Below, piece after piece: positions 41,601-51,900 of a DNA stretch of 64,000 nucleotides. Source of the DNA: Candidatus Sulfomarinibacteraceae bacterium (GTDB taxonomy: Bacteria; Acidobacteriota; Thermoanaerobaculia; Thermoanaerobaculales; Sulfomarinibacteraceae); the NCBI GenBank assembly GCA_963796455.1, contig CAWCLO010000004.1, positions 384,001 through 448,000 on the forward strand, written 5' to 3'. Made by a program: the position numbers and the translations under genes. Below the pieces are notes generated by a model. The model was not told where the DNA came from. It made no database searches and was given only the letters and a program-made list of their open reading frames with translations. Position 1 is the first letter of the stretch; each line of letters begins with the position of its first letter.

Positions 41601-43061
41601 GAGCATGGGGTTGAGGCGGTTGAGGTAGTCGACCGTCGAAGGAGTGGGGAGATCGAAGAGAGGCGCCCAGGCCGCTTCGAAGAGCTGGATCTTCTCCGGG
41701 CCGAGATCGCCGTAGAGAATCCGCATGCCCTCCATGGCAGTGGTAACGGCGCCGGCGTACTGGGCACGAGACATCTTATCGGCGTCGAGGAATGGGGCCA
41801 GGGTCGCCGGGGCGATTTCAGCTGCGATCTGCGGTGGGGCGGCTGACGAAGCCTGCCAGGGAAGACCGTCACTTGAAAGGGTGCTCGCGCTGCAGGGGTC
41901 GTCGGTGGGGGAAAACTGAATCTCGGGAATCTGAACCTGCGGGTTTCGGGCCGTCGGAACGGCCGCCGATGTCGGTTGTGCCGATGCCTGTCGCGCGGGC
42001 TTGGTCGGCGCAGCTTCCGACGCCATCCGTTTTTCGACCAACGCGACGTTGTCTGCCGCCAACTGGTATTCAGGGTCGAGGCGCAGCGAAGTCTTGAAGT
42101 CTGCCAGAGCACCCTGCAGATCTCCGGATCGCTGGCGTGCCGATCCGCGGTTGTTGTAGGCGTGTTTGTTGTCCGGGCGAAGCTCGAGATATCGCGTGTA
42201 GTCGTCGATGGCGCCGTCGAGACGATCGAGCTGGCTGCGGGTCCATCCACGATAGAAGAAGGCCAGAGCGAAATCGGACTTCAGCTCGAGGGTCTTGTCG
42301 TAGGCTCTGAGTGCGTCCCGATAGCTCCGCCGAAGTCGCAGCGAATCGGCGAGGGCGTTGTAGGCATAGTGATCACCCGGGTCCACGGCGATGGCTCTTT
42401 TGGCAGAATTGGCCGCTTCCTCGTGACGACCGAGATCGTTGAGGGTGACGGCTTTGTTATCCAGAGCAGGCGTATAGTCTGGATCTGCCTCCAGAGCGCG
42501 CTCAAAATCGGCCAGGGCCTGTCGATATTTACCATCGCGGCGAAGAATCACGCCCCGGTTGAGTAGGGCAAATATGTTTCCAGGATCCAGCTCGATGACG
42601 CGGTTGTAATCAGAGACTGCTGCAAGAGGTTCTCCGAGTGCGGAGTGGGAAACACCTCGGGTGATCAGGAGATTGATGAAATCGGGGTCGACGGCGAGCC
42701 CGCGGTCGGCCCATTGAACGGCCTCCGAGTGACGGTCGAGTTTTTGCAGTGCCATGGCATAGCTGCGATAGGCCTGGGTGTTTTCCGGATCGGCCGCCAG
42801 AGCCCTGTCGTAGTCGGCAAAACAACGGTCGAAGTCGCCGAGTTCGCGATAGGAGAGACCTCGCTTGCGGTATGCCTCGCTGAATTCGGGGTCGATCTCG
42901 AGGGCGCGGTCGAAGCTTTCGATCGCCTGTTGAAAGTGCCCCTGACGGTGCAACCCGACTCCCTGGTCGAAGAGCTCCAGGGCAGTCTGGCTGCAGGCGA
43001 GTCCGCTCCATCCGAGAATGATGACGGCGATCGTGATTGTGGTGGTGATCAGTTGCCTCAT
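38688..43061 (-). CDS. Large secreted TPR protein with uncharacterised C-terminal domains (1457 aa)
   Basis: GGAGG RBS and signal peptide; about nine TPRs, Pro/Ala linker, coiled coil, Gly-rich hydrophobic segment and a C-terminal SMDLD motif. Confidence 0.9.
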   Translation of the reverse strand: MRQLITTTITIAVIILGWSGLACSQTALELFDQGVGLHRQGHFQQAIESFDRALEIDPEFSEAYRKRGLSYRELGDFDRCFADYDRALAADPENTQAYRSYAMALQKLDRHSEAVQWADRGLAVDPDFINLLITRGVSHSALGEPLAAVSDYNRVIELDPGNIFALLNRGVILRRDGKYRQALADFERALEADPDYTPALDNKAVTLNDLGRHEEAANSAKRAIAVDPGDHYAYNALADSLRLRRSYRDALRAYDKTLELKSDFALAFFYRGWTRSQLDRLDGAIDDYTRYLELRPDNKHAYNNRGSARQRSGDLQGALADFKTSLRLDPEYQLAADNVALVEKRMASEAAPTKPARQASAQPTSAAVPTARNPQVQIPEIQFSPTDDPCSASTLSSDGLPWQASSAAPPQIAAEIAPATLAPFLDADKMSRAQYAGAVTTAMEGMRILYGDLGPEKIQLFEAAWAPLFDLPTPSTVDYLNRLNPMLGQFLSGREALTRAAVAAQAAMHDAAYAIAADSSDAWLDAMAVADRQTAVIESLQVGLTEIARKIQELGNPPNPFDERCQARKRFRRALRDDAGSPIDGMWHDADGNWLSVMTVYSPEPEMWVLYVVSQEYMERIAPLDAAGYDVSQADLIEVCPGGGSDCDLLVKEHHHVAGIFDLMLIGKKMPSSDTVVLTSYGTPMGVFGESWNMVADGVADRLEVDVPPAVFGGDPKWEGGRYWRDPHSEPIYCYQHTPERVAAAERFREYALENWNLFFNGNRDLVAQLLQGSAPDPGSPPQSPVVVAAVPPQPTPTRPSAEEDDARRAVDETIAFHDSMANSLERNLEREREELGKEKDPRRRKELALRVLTLQADIQAERDLANSYRAGRIVHTRTPYDDWAQTQFVHNVRENAARVDAARRIAVGVERQIELLPWEQRAAMRARAREILDPATVARGDVEKARKLAGSLNDMVMGHWEGVAAREEEKAIAAQEHEFYAQTVVMTAGSIATGFGSAACAQAFGETAAITLWSPQILGGVYGGITGTIAGGPYEGVTNAISDASPLGALSVQFVQGWRQGMTNPNADWRDGLWQGAKNAGYAYATSKAFQLGATLTARGALAVFGKNSRLFRPVGWQRPTVQQQFAAAKFQQDMDDAQSLVDHFRDSQITLMQARTRYPAGSAELAAAERQVAELATSLNSSFHCKWMLKYKAHPSVRRAFSRAINQSYDDMMPEFERQLTELGYDTSNLRFRPVRNASSAGTSSMDLDLAMDEPDGLEIIRIDPETGARTVVDVAQFQDDAQRALNRAYHTTTGFSAVRSEVNLTTSAHSESFSSRALLRERVDFSRVAPGDVADVGRVVEVKGNKIADDPVMSPIAKIQGRCRESAKEIDNMLLKKLRQDLAAAPPGSPQAQQIAADIRYWEDMATRMRQIGAEETDPYRILTLERELRQETGGLGTAEVAQELASTFRRMGE

Positions 43062-43256
43062 GGGGCCTCCGCCGAGCGTATCAACTCACATGTTTTTGAG
43101 ATTTTGTCGCCTTGGTAACCGTTTTCGTCATGTTGATTCATTGTAGCGCCGCGTTGCGCTCTACGTGACGGCACTCTGGGGGAGACCGAAGGTCGTTTCT
43201 TTTGACTATTATTCATTTTTTTCAATTAAATTTTAATGTTAAACAATAAATTTTTA

Positions 43257-43285
43257 TTGACAAACAGTATTTTGAATTTTATGAT
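43257..43285 (+). promoter_or_regulatory. Sigma-70 promoter of the DUF2975/Xre operon
   Basis: TTGACA-17 bp-TATGAT. Confidence 0.8.
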
Positions 43286-43340
43286 GTGTGGTGTCAGCCG
43301 GACCGCTCAAACCAACGAGGTCCACGAAAGGAAACACATC

Positions 43341-43892
43341 ATGGAACACAACCCGATCTACAAACCGCTGCAGACGGCTCTCCGGTTCTACGCGATTCTG
43401 TTTTCAGCGATCGTCATTTTTCAGGGGACGGGCCTGGTCATGTACCTGGTCAACGTCTGGCCGACGTATCGCTCGCAAGTGTCCAGCGGGCTGGCAATGC
43501 TGCTGGTGGGAGCCGTGGTCATGGGCTTCACCCGCTCATTTGTCTGGATCTCGATCTATTGGAAGGGATCCAAGGCGCTCTCGTTACTTCGGGATGAAGC
43601 GGATTCGCCGGCCGGAGCGCATGCTCTGACCGTCGTGCTCTCGAGCTTGACCCGGCTTCTGGTCGCAAGCTGCATCCTGGATGTTCTTTTTCTCCCGGCC
43701 TATTTCCTGAGCGACGTGGTCCTTCCGTTCCCGCTCGCAGGGTGGCGTCTCGGCGTCGTCGAGGTGGCCAGATTGCTTTTCCCGCAGGCCTTCGGAATCT
43801 CGGCTCTGATCCTGGCTTTTCTGACCCACCAATATGGCCAGCTCTTCAAAGAGCGGAGCGAGCTCAAGAACGAGCTCGATCTCACGATCTGA
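43341..43892 (+). CDS. DUF2975-like membrane protein
   Basis: About four TM segments; C-terminal LKNELDLTI directly followed by a YozG-type regulator. Confidence 0.8.
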   Translation: MEHNPIYKPLQTALRFYAILFSAIVIFQGTGLVMYLVNVWPTYRSQVSSGLAMLLVGAVVMGFTRSFVWISIYWKGSKALSLLRDEADSPAGAHALTVVLSSLTRLLVASCILDVLFLPAYFLSDVVLPFPLAGWRLGVVEVARLLFPQAFGISALILAFLTHQYGQLFKERSELKNELDLTI

Positions 43893-43901
43893 GGTGATGT
43901 G

Positions 43902-44111
43902 ATGGCAATCATCGTCAACCTCGACGTGCAGCTGGCCAAGCGCAAGATGAAGCTCAATGAGCTCTCGGAAAGGGTCGGCATCTCAATTCAGAACCTGTCG
44001 GTGCTCAAGACCGGCAAGGCCAGGGCCATCAGGTTTTCGACCCTCGACAAGCTGTGTCGTGCACTCGAGTGCACGCCAGGCGATCTGTTGGAGTACCAGG
44101 CGAAGGACTGA
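43902..44111 (+). CDS. Xre/Cro-C1 family (YozG-like) transcriptional regulator
   Basis: MAIIVNLDVQLAKRKM...NLSVLKTGKARAIRFSTLDKLCRALECTPGDLLEY. Confidence 0.95.
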   Translation: MAIIVNLDVQLAKRKMKLNELSERVGISIQNLSVLKTGKARAIRFSTLDKLCRALECTPGDLLEYQAKD

Positions 44112-44171
44112 TCTTTCGCAGATCCGGAACAGATCGGGGCTTTTCGAGATTTACCCTCTCGAGGGGTCATC

Positions 44172-47076
44172 ATGCAGCTTGAACGGGGGACGCGCTTAGG
44201 CGATTACGAAATCAGTGAGCCCATCGGCTCCGGCGGGATGGGCGAGGTCTATCGAGCCCACGACACAAAGCTCGACCGCGATGTGGCGATCAAGGTGCTT
44301 CCGGGTGAGGTTGCCGATGACGCGAGCCGGCGAGCGCGCTTTGAACGCGAGGCCAAATCGGTGGCGGCGCTGAACCACGAAAACATCGTCACCATCCACA
44401 CCATCGGCGAGGAGGAGGGGATTCACTACCTCGCGATGGAGTTGGTGGAAGGGGACACTCTGGCCCAGCGGATTCCGGAGGACGGACTGGCGACGGATGA
44501 TCTGTTGGCGTTGGCTGTGCCGGTCGCCTCAGCGCTTGCGGCCGCCCACGCCAAGGGCATCATCCATCGTGACCTCAAACCCGCCAACGTGATGGTCACC
44601 AACCAGGGCAAGGTCAAGGTGCTCGATTTCGGTCTCGCCAAGCTGGCGACCTCGGGCGATGATGCCCCGGAGCCGGCCAGCGAAGAAAGTGAGACCGCCA
44701 CCATGACCCTTCAGACCCGGGCGGGGACGGTGGTGGGGACCATGCCCTACATGTCGCCTGAGCAGCTCTCGGGCAAGGGGGTCGGTCCGGCCTCGGATCT
44801 CTTTTCATTCGGTGTGATGCTCTACGAAATGGCCACCGGAAAACGGCCTTTCAAGGGCAGCACCGGTCCGACCCTGATCTCTTCGATTCTCACCGAAAAA
44901 CCGCAACCGGTTGGTGAGTTGAGCCCCGCACTGCCTGATGCCCTGGGCGAGTTGATCGAACGATGTCTCTCCAAGGACCCCGACGGAAGACCGGAAGGTG
45001 CTGTGCAAGTCGGCGCTGAACTGCAGGCGCTTCGAGGAGGCTCGTCTATCTCCGGCGTCGAAATTCGTACTGCCTCGCGTCCGGCCGCGCGGTGGGCTCG
45101 CATCGCAGTTGCCGCCGTCGTAGTTGCACTCATTGCTCTCGGAGCAGTCTGGTTCGGGGGCAAGGCCAAAAAGGAACGCTGGGCGCGGAACGTGGCTTTG
45201 CCGGAGGTCCAGCGGCTCTTCGACGAGGGTGACCACGACGGCGCGTTTCGCCTGTTGCGTGAAGCGGCACTGGTCATTCCCGATGATCCGCTGCTGGCGC
45301 AGATCGAGCACGGCAACATGATGCCGGCGCTGATCGAGACCGAGCCTTCTGGTGCCGAGGTCTTCATCAACAGCTTTGCCGACCTCGGTCGCCCCTGGGT
45401 CAAGCTCGGTACCACTCCTGTGCAGCCCATGATTCCAGTGGACCTTTTCCGGTTTCGAGTCGTGCGCGAAGGCTACGAGACCTTCGAGGCATCGGGCTTG
45501 AACCTCGCCGAGAAGGTCATGGTCGAGCTGACCCCGGAAGGCTCCGCTCCTCGCGGCATGGTTCGCATTCCCCGGGGCAGCGCCGTTTTGGGTGACCCGC
45601 GCCCGGTGGCACTGGATGCTTTCTGGCTCGATCGATACGAGGTGACCAACGCTCAGTTCAAAGAGTTTGTCGATGCGGGTGGATATGGCGATCAGAGCTA
45701 TTGGCAGGAGCCGATCGTGATCGACGGGCGCGAGGCCTCCTGGGAGCAGGCGGAGGAACTCTTCGTCGACACCACGGGTCGTCCCGGCCCCGCCGCCTGG
45801 GAGCTCGGCTCATTCCCCGAAGGCGCTGCAGATCACCCGGTGGGTGGTGTGAGCTGGTACGAAGCGGCGGCCTTTGCGGTCTGGGCCGGAAAGACCCTGC
45901 CGACTGTCTTTCACTGGCGCCGGGCCGCGGAGCAGGGAATTCTGTCGGACATCATCACAGTCAGCAACTTCGACGGTGAGGGCACGGTGCCGGTGGGCAG
46001 TTCTGGCGGGATCGGCCGGTACGGAACCTACGACATGGCCGGGAATGTCAGGGAGTGGTGCGTGAACGCTCTCGGCACAGCCCGGTACAGCCTGGGTGGA
46101 GCCTGGTCCGACCCCGGCTACCGGTATCGCGACGCAGACGCCGACGATCCGCTCGATCGCGCACCGAAGAATGGATTTCGTTGTATGAAGACCGACGTGC
46201 CGTTGGCCGCAAAAACGGTGGTGGCGGTCGATGCCCCCGTCTATGACTTTGCCGAATCCGAACCGGTCAGCGACGAGATCTTCGAGGTTTTGTTGAGTCA
46301 GTTCGCTTATGACCGGACCGATCTCGATGCCCGAGTTGAGGCGGTGGATGAGAGCTCCGAATTCTGGCGTAAGGAGCGGGTCACATTTGCGGCAGCCTAC
46401 GGCGACGAGCGGGTTCCGGCCAACCTCTACCTGCCGAAAAACGCCACTCCACCATTTCAGACCGTGGTCTTCTTTCCGAGCTCCGCGGCCCTCGCCGTCG
46501 ACAACAGCGTCAACCCGGCCCTTTTCATCGTCGACTTCATCATCCGCAGTGGGCGAGCGCTCATGTTCCCAATCTATGATGGCACTTTTGAGAGAAGGAA
46601 GGAGAACTCGGGCCCCATTGCGACTCGTGACCTTATCCTCCGGCAGAGTAAGGACATGGGGCGCGCCATCGACTACCTCGAAACGCGCGACGACATCGAT
46701 ACCGACAAGTTGGCATTCTGCGGTCTGAGCTGGGGCGCGGCCTGGGGCCCGATCTACACGGCGGTGGAGGACCGTTTCAAGGCCAGCGTGCTTCTGGCCG
46801 GCGGCATGGGTCGTTACTCGCCCGATCGCCCTCCGGAATCGATTCCGCTCAACTTCATGCCGCGCTCGACGGTGCCGGTCCTGATGGTCAACGGCAGCGA
46901 GGATTTCCTCGGACCCGGTGGAGACCGAGATCAAACCCATGTTCGACTTCCAGGGCGCGCCACCCGAGCACAAAAAGCTCGTCGTACTCGAAGGCGGCCA
47001 CGTGCCCGACAAACCCAAGGAATTCGTCCGCGCCGCCCTCGATTGGCTCGATCTCTACCTCGGCCCGGTGAACTGA
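44172..47076 (+). CDS. Ser/Thr kinase / FGE-sulfatase (SUMF1-like) / alpha-beta hydrolase fusion (~967 aa), +1 frameshift near 46915
   Basis: Kinase motifs and a TM helix; [35 protein letters not shown]. The proper C-terminus [10 protein letters not shown]...EGGHVP...[10 protein letters not shown] lies in the shifted frame. Confidence 0.9.
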
Positions 47077-47556
47077 ATCGTCGGAGATCCTGAAGAGATC
47101 GAACGAGAATCTCCAATAATAGGTAGGGCGAGCGTGTCTGCGTAGCAGGTTGGCAACGGGAGGGTCTCGGCGCCCTTCGGCGGGTTCCAGCCGTTAAATG
47201 AATTCAACACCGGTCGCTCCATTCCCGGATGTGACCACTCAATGCGCAGCTCATCCTCGGTGTGAGCATTCGGTCTCGGATTCCACCGTTCAATAGAGTC
47301 GAGTCAGAAAATGACGCGGTGATCCTTGACAATCGATTTTGAATATCAGTATCTTTATACAAACATCAAAAGAAAGATATCAGTGTCGGCCGCCAAGACC
47401 ACCGAAGTTGGCGTCGCTGTCGACGGGCTTCCGGCGGGTCCGTATTCGCGCCGGGGGGAGACCCGATGGCGAACGACCGGACGGCACGTTTTCGATGGAG
47501 CCCGATCGATGCTCTCATTTTGAGGGGATCGCACGGGAAATTTGGGGAGGGCTGTG

Positions 47557-48762
47557 ATGCTCGCCTCTGAGGAAACCGTCCTCGGCGTCATCGACTCGCT
47601 CTACGGTGCTTCAACTGATCCAATGAAATGGACTTCCGCGCTTGAAACGATGGCCGGGGTTTTCAACGCCTGCGCCATGACTTTGCTGCAGAGCACCGCG
47701 AACGGCGAGGGGGCGGTCTTTGCGTCGTCAGGCATCAGCCAGGAGATGGGAGCTGTTTACGACAGCTACTACTCGACCAAGGATCTCACCGTGCGGGCGG
47801 CGATGGCGTTGCCCGTAGGGACCTTTGCGGGGTCGGATAAATTGATTTCAACCAAGGACTGGAACCGCAACGAAATGGTCGCCGATCTCTTGCTTCCAAA
47901 TGGTCTCTACCGTGTTGCGGGCAGTGTTTTGTTGCGAGATGAACGTGGTTTTGCCAGTCTCGGAATGCACAGACCTCGAAGCGGACCCGAGTTCGACGAA
48001 CACGACGAGCGCCTCTATCTCGTCATCCAGCCCCATTTGCAGCGAGCGCTCGAGGTCACCCGCAAGCTTGGCGGCGTAGTGGAGGAACGGGACGCTCTCG
48101 CCGACAGCATCGACCGGTTGACGACCGGAGTCGTGATCCTCGACGGCGAGGGGAAGATCCTCCACGCCAATCGAGCCGCGAGAGAGCTTGCAGCAACGAA
48201 TGATGGGTTGACTCTTACCCGACTGGGCCCCGCCGGAGCCCGCAGTGGAGATACCTCGTCACTTCGCAAGAGGATCTCCGAGGCGTGTTCATCGGAAGGA
48301 TCCATTTGGTGCAACTCCCCCTGCCGCGCAATTCGATTGGAACGACCCTCAGGCAGAAGATCTCTCGAAGTTCTTGCCGTGCCGCTCCGACGGGCGGCTT
48401 CCCCGATTGGTCATCGCGCAGGAAAGGTAGCTCTCTTCATTACAGATCCAGAGCTTGAGGCGACGCCGCCGAATGGGTGGCTTCGCCAGCTCTACGGTCT
48501 GACACGGGCGGAGGCGAGGATCGCCGTTTCGCTGGCCAACGGTTTGAGCCTGACCGAGACGGCCGATCGGCTCAGTGTGACTCGAAATACGGTGCGCACC
48601 CATCTCCAGCGCGCCATGTCGAAGACTGACACCCGCCGCCAGGGCGAGTTGATCGGGCTGGTGTTGGGCGGGCCGGCTGGGTTGGTGAATCCGCGGGAAC
48701 TCATGACTTCGGTGGTTCCTTCCCTGGAAACTTTTGAGATTTCGCAACTCCGTAACCCCTGA
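47557..48762 (+). CDS. LuxR-type HTH transcriptional regulator with GAF-like and PAS domains
   Basis: IDSLYGA...W..AL, PHLQRAL, GVVILDGEGKILHANRAA and YGLTRAEARIA...NTVRTHL...KTDTRRQGEL. Confidence 0.92.
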   Translation: MLASEETVLGVIDSLYGASTDPMKWTSALETMAGVFNACAMTLLQSTANGEGAVFASSGISQEMGAVYDSYYSTKDLTVRAAMALPVGTFAGSDKLISTKDWNRNEMVADLLLPNGLYRVAGSVLLRDERGFASLGMHRPRSGPEFDEHDERLYLVIQPHLQRALEVTRKLGGVVEERDALADSIDRLTTGVVILDGEGKILHANRAARELAATNDGLTLTRLGPAGARSGDTSSLRKRISEACSSEGSIWCNSPCRAIRLERPSGRRSLEVLAVPLRRAASPIGHRAGKVALFITDPELEATPPNGWLRQLYGLTRAEARIAVSLANGLSLTETADRLSVTRNTVRTHLQRAMSKTDTRRQGELIGLVLGGPAGLVNPRELMTSVVPSLETFEISQLRNP

Positions 48763-48782
48763 TCACAGAATCTTCCGGAACC

Positions 48783-48798
48783 TCATCCAAATGGATGA
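48783..48798. promoter_or_regulatory. Palindromic operator candidate between the regulator and the surface-protein gene
   Basis: TCATCC-AAAT-GGATGA perfect inverted repeat. Confidence 0.55.
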
Positions 48799-48902
48799 CG
48801 CGCATCGTCGATGACTGCCGCATAGTTGAGATAGAAAATCAGGACTACAGCTCATAACCGGGATCGGTCTCCGATCCCAACCACGACTCGAGGGGGTTAC
48901 CG

Positions 48903-51900
48903 GTGAAACACGCATCCAAATGCGCCATGTGCTCGCATCGCGGCGATTGTGCTTCTCGTTTCTGCGGGTCCAGTTGCCGCCCAGACCAGTAACGGACCCT
49001 TCGCGTACGTTACGAATCAGGGTGACGGAAATGTCACCGTTATCGACGTTTCAAATCCATCGGTGACCTACCCCGTAGCCGTCGGAACCGGACCTGGCGG
49101 GGTCGCCATCACCCCGGACGGGTCGCGTGCTTTCGTCACCAACCAGCAGGACGACACGGTCTCGGTCATCGATACCGGGACAACGTCGGTTGGCACGCCC
49201 ATCTCGGTTGGCGATAACCCGTTCTTGCTTGCGATCACGCCTGACGGGAGTCGAGCCTATATCCCCAATTATGGAAACGGTTCGGTCTCGGTGATCGACA
49301 CATCGTCGAATGCGGTAATCAACACAATCAACGTTGGAGGTAGGCCATGGGAGGCGGCGGTGACCCCGGACGGTACTCGGGTCTTCGTCGTGCACTTCAC
49401 CACCGCTCTTGTTTCCGTCATTGATACGACAGGTAACACCGTAGTTCGCACCATTTCTGTTGGGAACTTCCCCAACGGCATCGCATTCACACCGGACGGC
49501 ACGACCGCCTTTGTGACCAACTCGCAAGACGACACCGTGTCGGTGATCAACACGGTTGATTATTCGCTCGGTACACCGATCGTGGTCGGCACCGACCCAG
49601 CCGGGATCTGTGTGTCGCCGAACGGTGTCAGCCTATACGTCGCCAACCGAGGCGACAACACAGTGTCGGTGATCGACACCGCCTCGAATTTGGTCATCGA
49701 CACAGTCATCGTCGGCTCAGGGCCCCGGCGGGTCGCCGCAACTCCGTCGGGTGATCAGGTTTATGTGGTCAATCAGAGCTCCGCTGATGTTTCCATCATC
49801 GACGTGGCCATCAACCTCGTGGTCGACACAGTGCCGGTGGGCTCGAATCCCCACGGCATCGCCATCGGACCGGCAGATTCGGATGGCGACGGAGTGGTGG
49901 ATGATCTGGATACGTGTCCGCTCGACCCCAATGACGATATCGATGGCGACGGCGTGTGCGGCGATATCGACAACTGCGCCGGCGTTTGGAACCAAGACCA
50001 GTTGGACAGCGATTTCGACGGCACGGGCAACGCCTGCGAACCTGCTCCTGCTCCCGGCTCCCGCGCCTACGCGACGAGCCAGGACGACGGTACGGTATCG
50101 GTCATTGATACTGCGTCCAACACCGTGACCCACACCCTGTCGCTCGGTTCCGGGCCGCGCGAGATATCGATCGCACCCAACGGGCGGTTCGCCTACATCT
50201 CGAAACTCGGCAGCTCGCTGCTCGTTCTCGACACCACGACTCACGTGATCACCGCGGCTATCAACGTCGGCCCTTCCCCCACCGATATCGTGTTCACGCC
50301 GGATGGAGCACTCGCCTACGTGGCGGTGGAGAACTCCGACTCGGTGGCGGTTGTGGATACCGCGACCAATGTGGTCACGCACATTCCTGTTGGAGACAAT
50401 CCTTCGAGTCTGGCGATCTCTCGAGACAGCACAACGCTGCTGGCAAGCAACGTCGTGGACGACTCAGTGACGGTTGTCGACACAACAGACCGGAGCGTCG
50501 TGGCCACCATCGCGGTGGGCGATTGGCCGCGCGGAATCGCCATCACTCATGATGGACGCAAGGCTTACGTTGCGAACCAGTCGTCACACGATGTCTCGGT
50601 CATCGACCTGACATCGAACACGGTTCGGTCGACGCTCACGGGTTTTAACGGACCGACGAAGATCACACTCACACCCGACGGCACCGAGGCGTGGGTCTCA
50701 AATCTTTCCGGCACCGTGTCGGTGATCGATACCTCGACCGACGTCGTGGCCTCGACCATTTCTGTGGGCATCAACCCCTGGCAAATCGCCTTCTCACCGG
50801 ACGGCGCCTCTGCCTACGTAGTCAATCAGAACTCGCACGACGTATCCGTTATCGATGCCGTCACCCACACCTCGATCACCGCCATCCCGATCGGTCATAA
50901 CTCGATCGGCATCGCCGTGATCCCCGAGACCCCGGTCGGATCCGCACGACGCGTCTACTGGACCGACACGAAAATCCGGCGGTTTGACACCAACGGTTCA
51001 AATCAGGAAATCCTCGCCACCACCCCGAACCCGAACTCGGTCGAGATCGACAACCAAAACGGAAAAATGTACTGGTTCGAAAACACCGCGACGCCCAAGA
51101 TCAACAAGTCCGATCTCGACGGTTCAAACATCGTGGAGGTCATGACGGTGCCGGGCTACATTTCAGACCTCGCTCTGGACACGGTCAATGATGCGATCTA
51201 TTGGTCCCTCTGGTATCCGACGCCCGATGCCGGAATCTACCGGACACAACTCGACGGATTCGCCGAGGAGTTGGTTATCGCGCCAAGCGGCCTGGTGAAC
51301 TCCATTGCGTTGGATGTGGCCCGTGACGCGATGTTTTTTACCTCGTACATCGGAGGGGTGGGGTACGTGTATCGCTGCGATCTCGATGGCGCAAACCCGG
51401 GAGCTTCTCTTTTCGGCCCCTTCGACCGTCGGACGACCTCTTTACGTGGCTGTCGATCTCGCGACTGGGACGCCCTACTGGATCAACGAGGATGGTCAAT
51501 TCATGCGGTATCCCGACGGCGCCGCTGGTCCCGAGTCGATCATTTCCGGTGCGGTCGGAGCCATCGGTCTAGCGATCGATGGAGTGGGAGACAGGATTTA
51601 TTGGTCAGAGGCGGCGAACCACACGATCCGTCGGGCCAGGCTCGACGGGCTCGGCATCGGCGACGTGAAGGATTTCGGTTCCTCGATCTGGCCTTATAGC
51701 ATTTCACTCGAGGTCTCGGTAGACAGCGATGGTGACGGAGTGGCCGACCATTGGGATGCCTGCCCCGCCGATCCGGACAACGATCTCGACGGGGATGGTT
51801 TGTGCGGTGATGTTGATAGCTGTCCCTTCGACCCTGAGAACGATTCCGATGGCGACGGGATTTGCGGCGATATCGACGTTTGTTCCTTCGACCCGGAGAA

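Noticed and set aside
46900..46930. Programmed ribosomal frameshifting at the gene breaks
   Set aside because: I saw no slippery heptamer or stimulatory structure at these sites, and they are scattered over unrelated genes.
47080..47540. Possible small gene or remnant between the kinase fusion and the LuxR regulator
   Set aside because: No recognisable motif, RBS or codon bias. It is probably promoter sequence (TTGACA near 47326).
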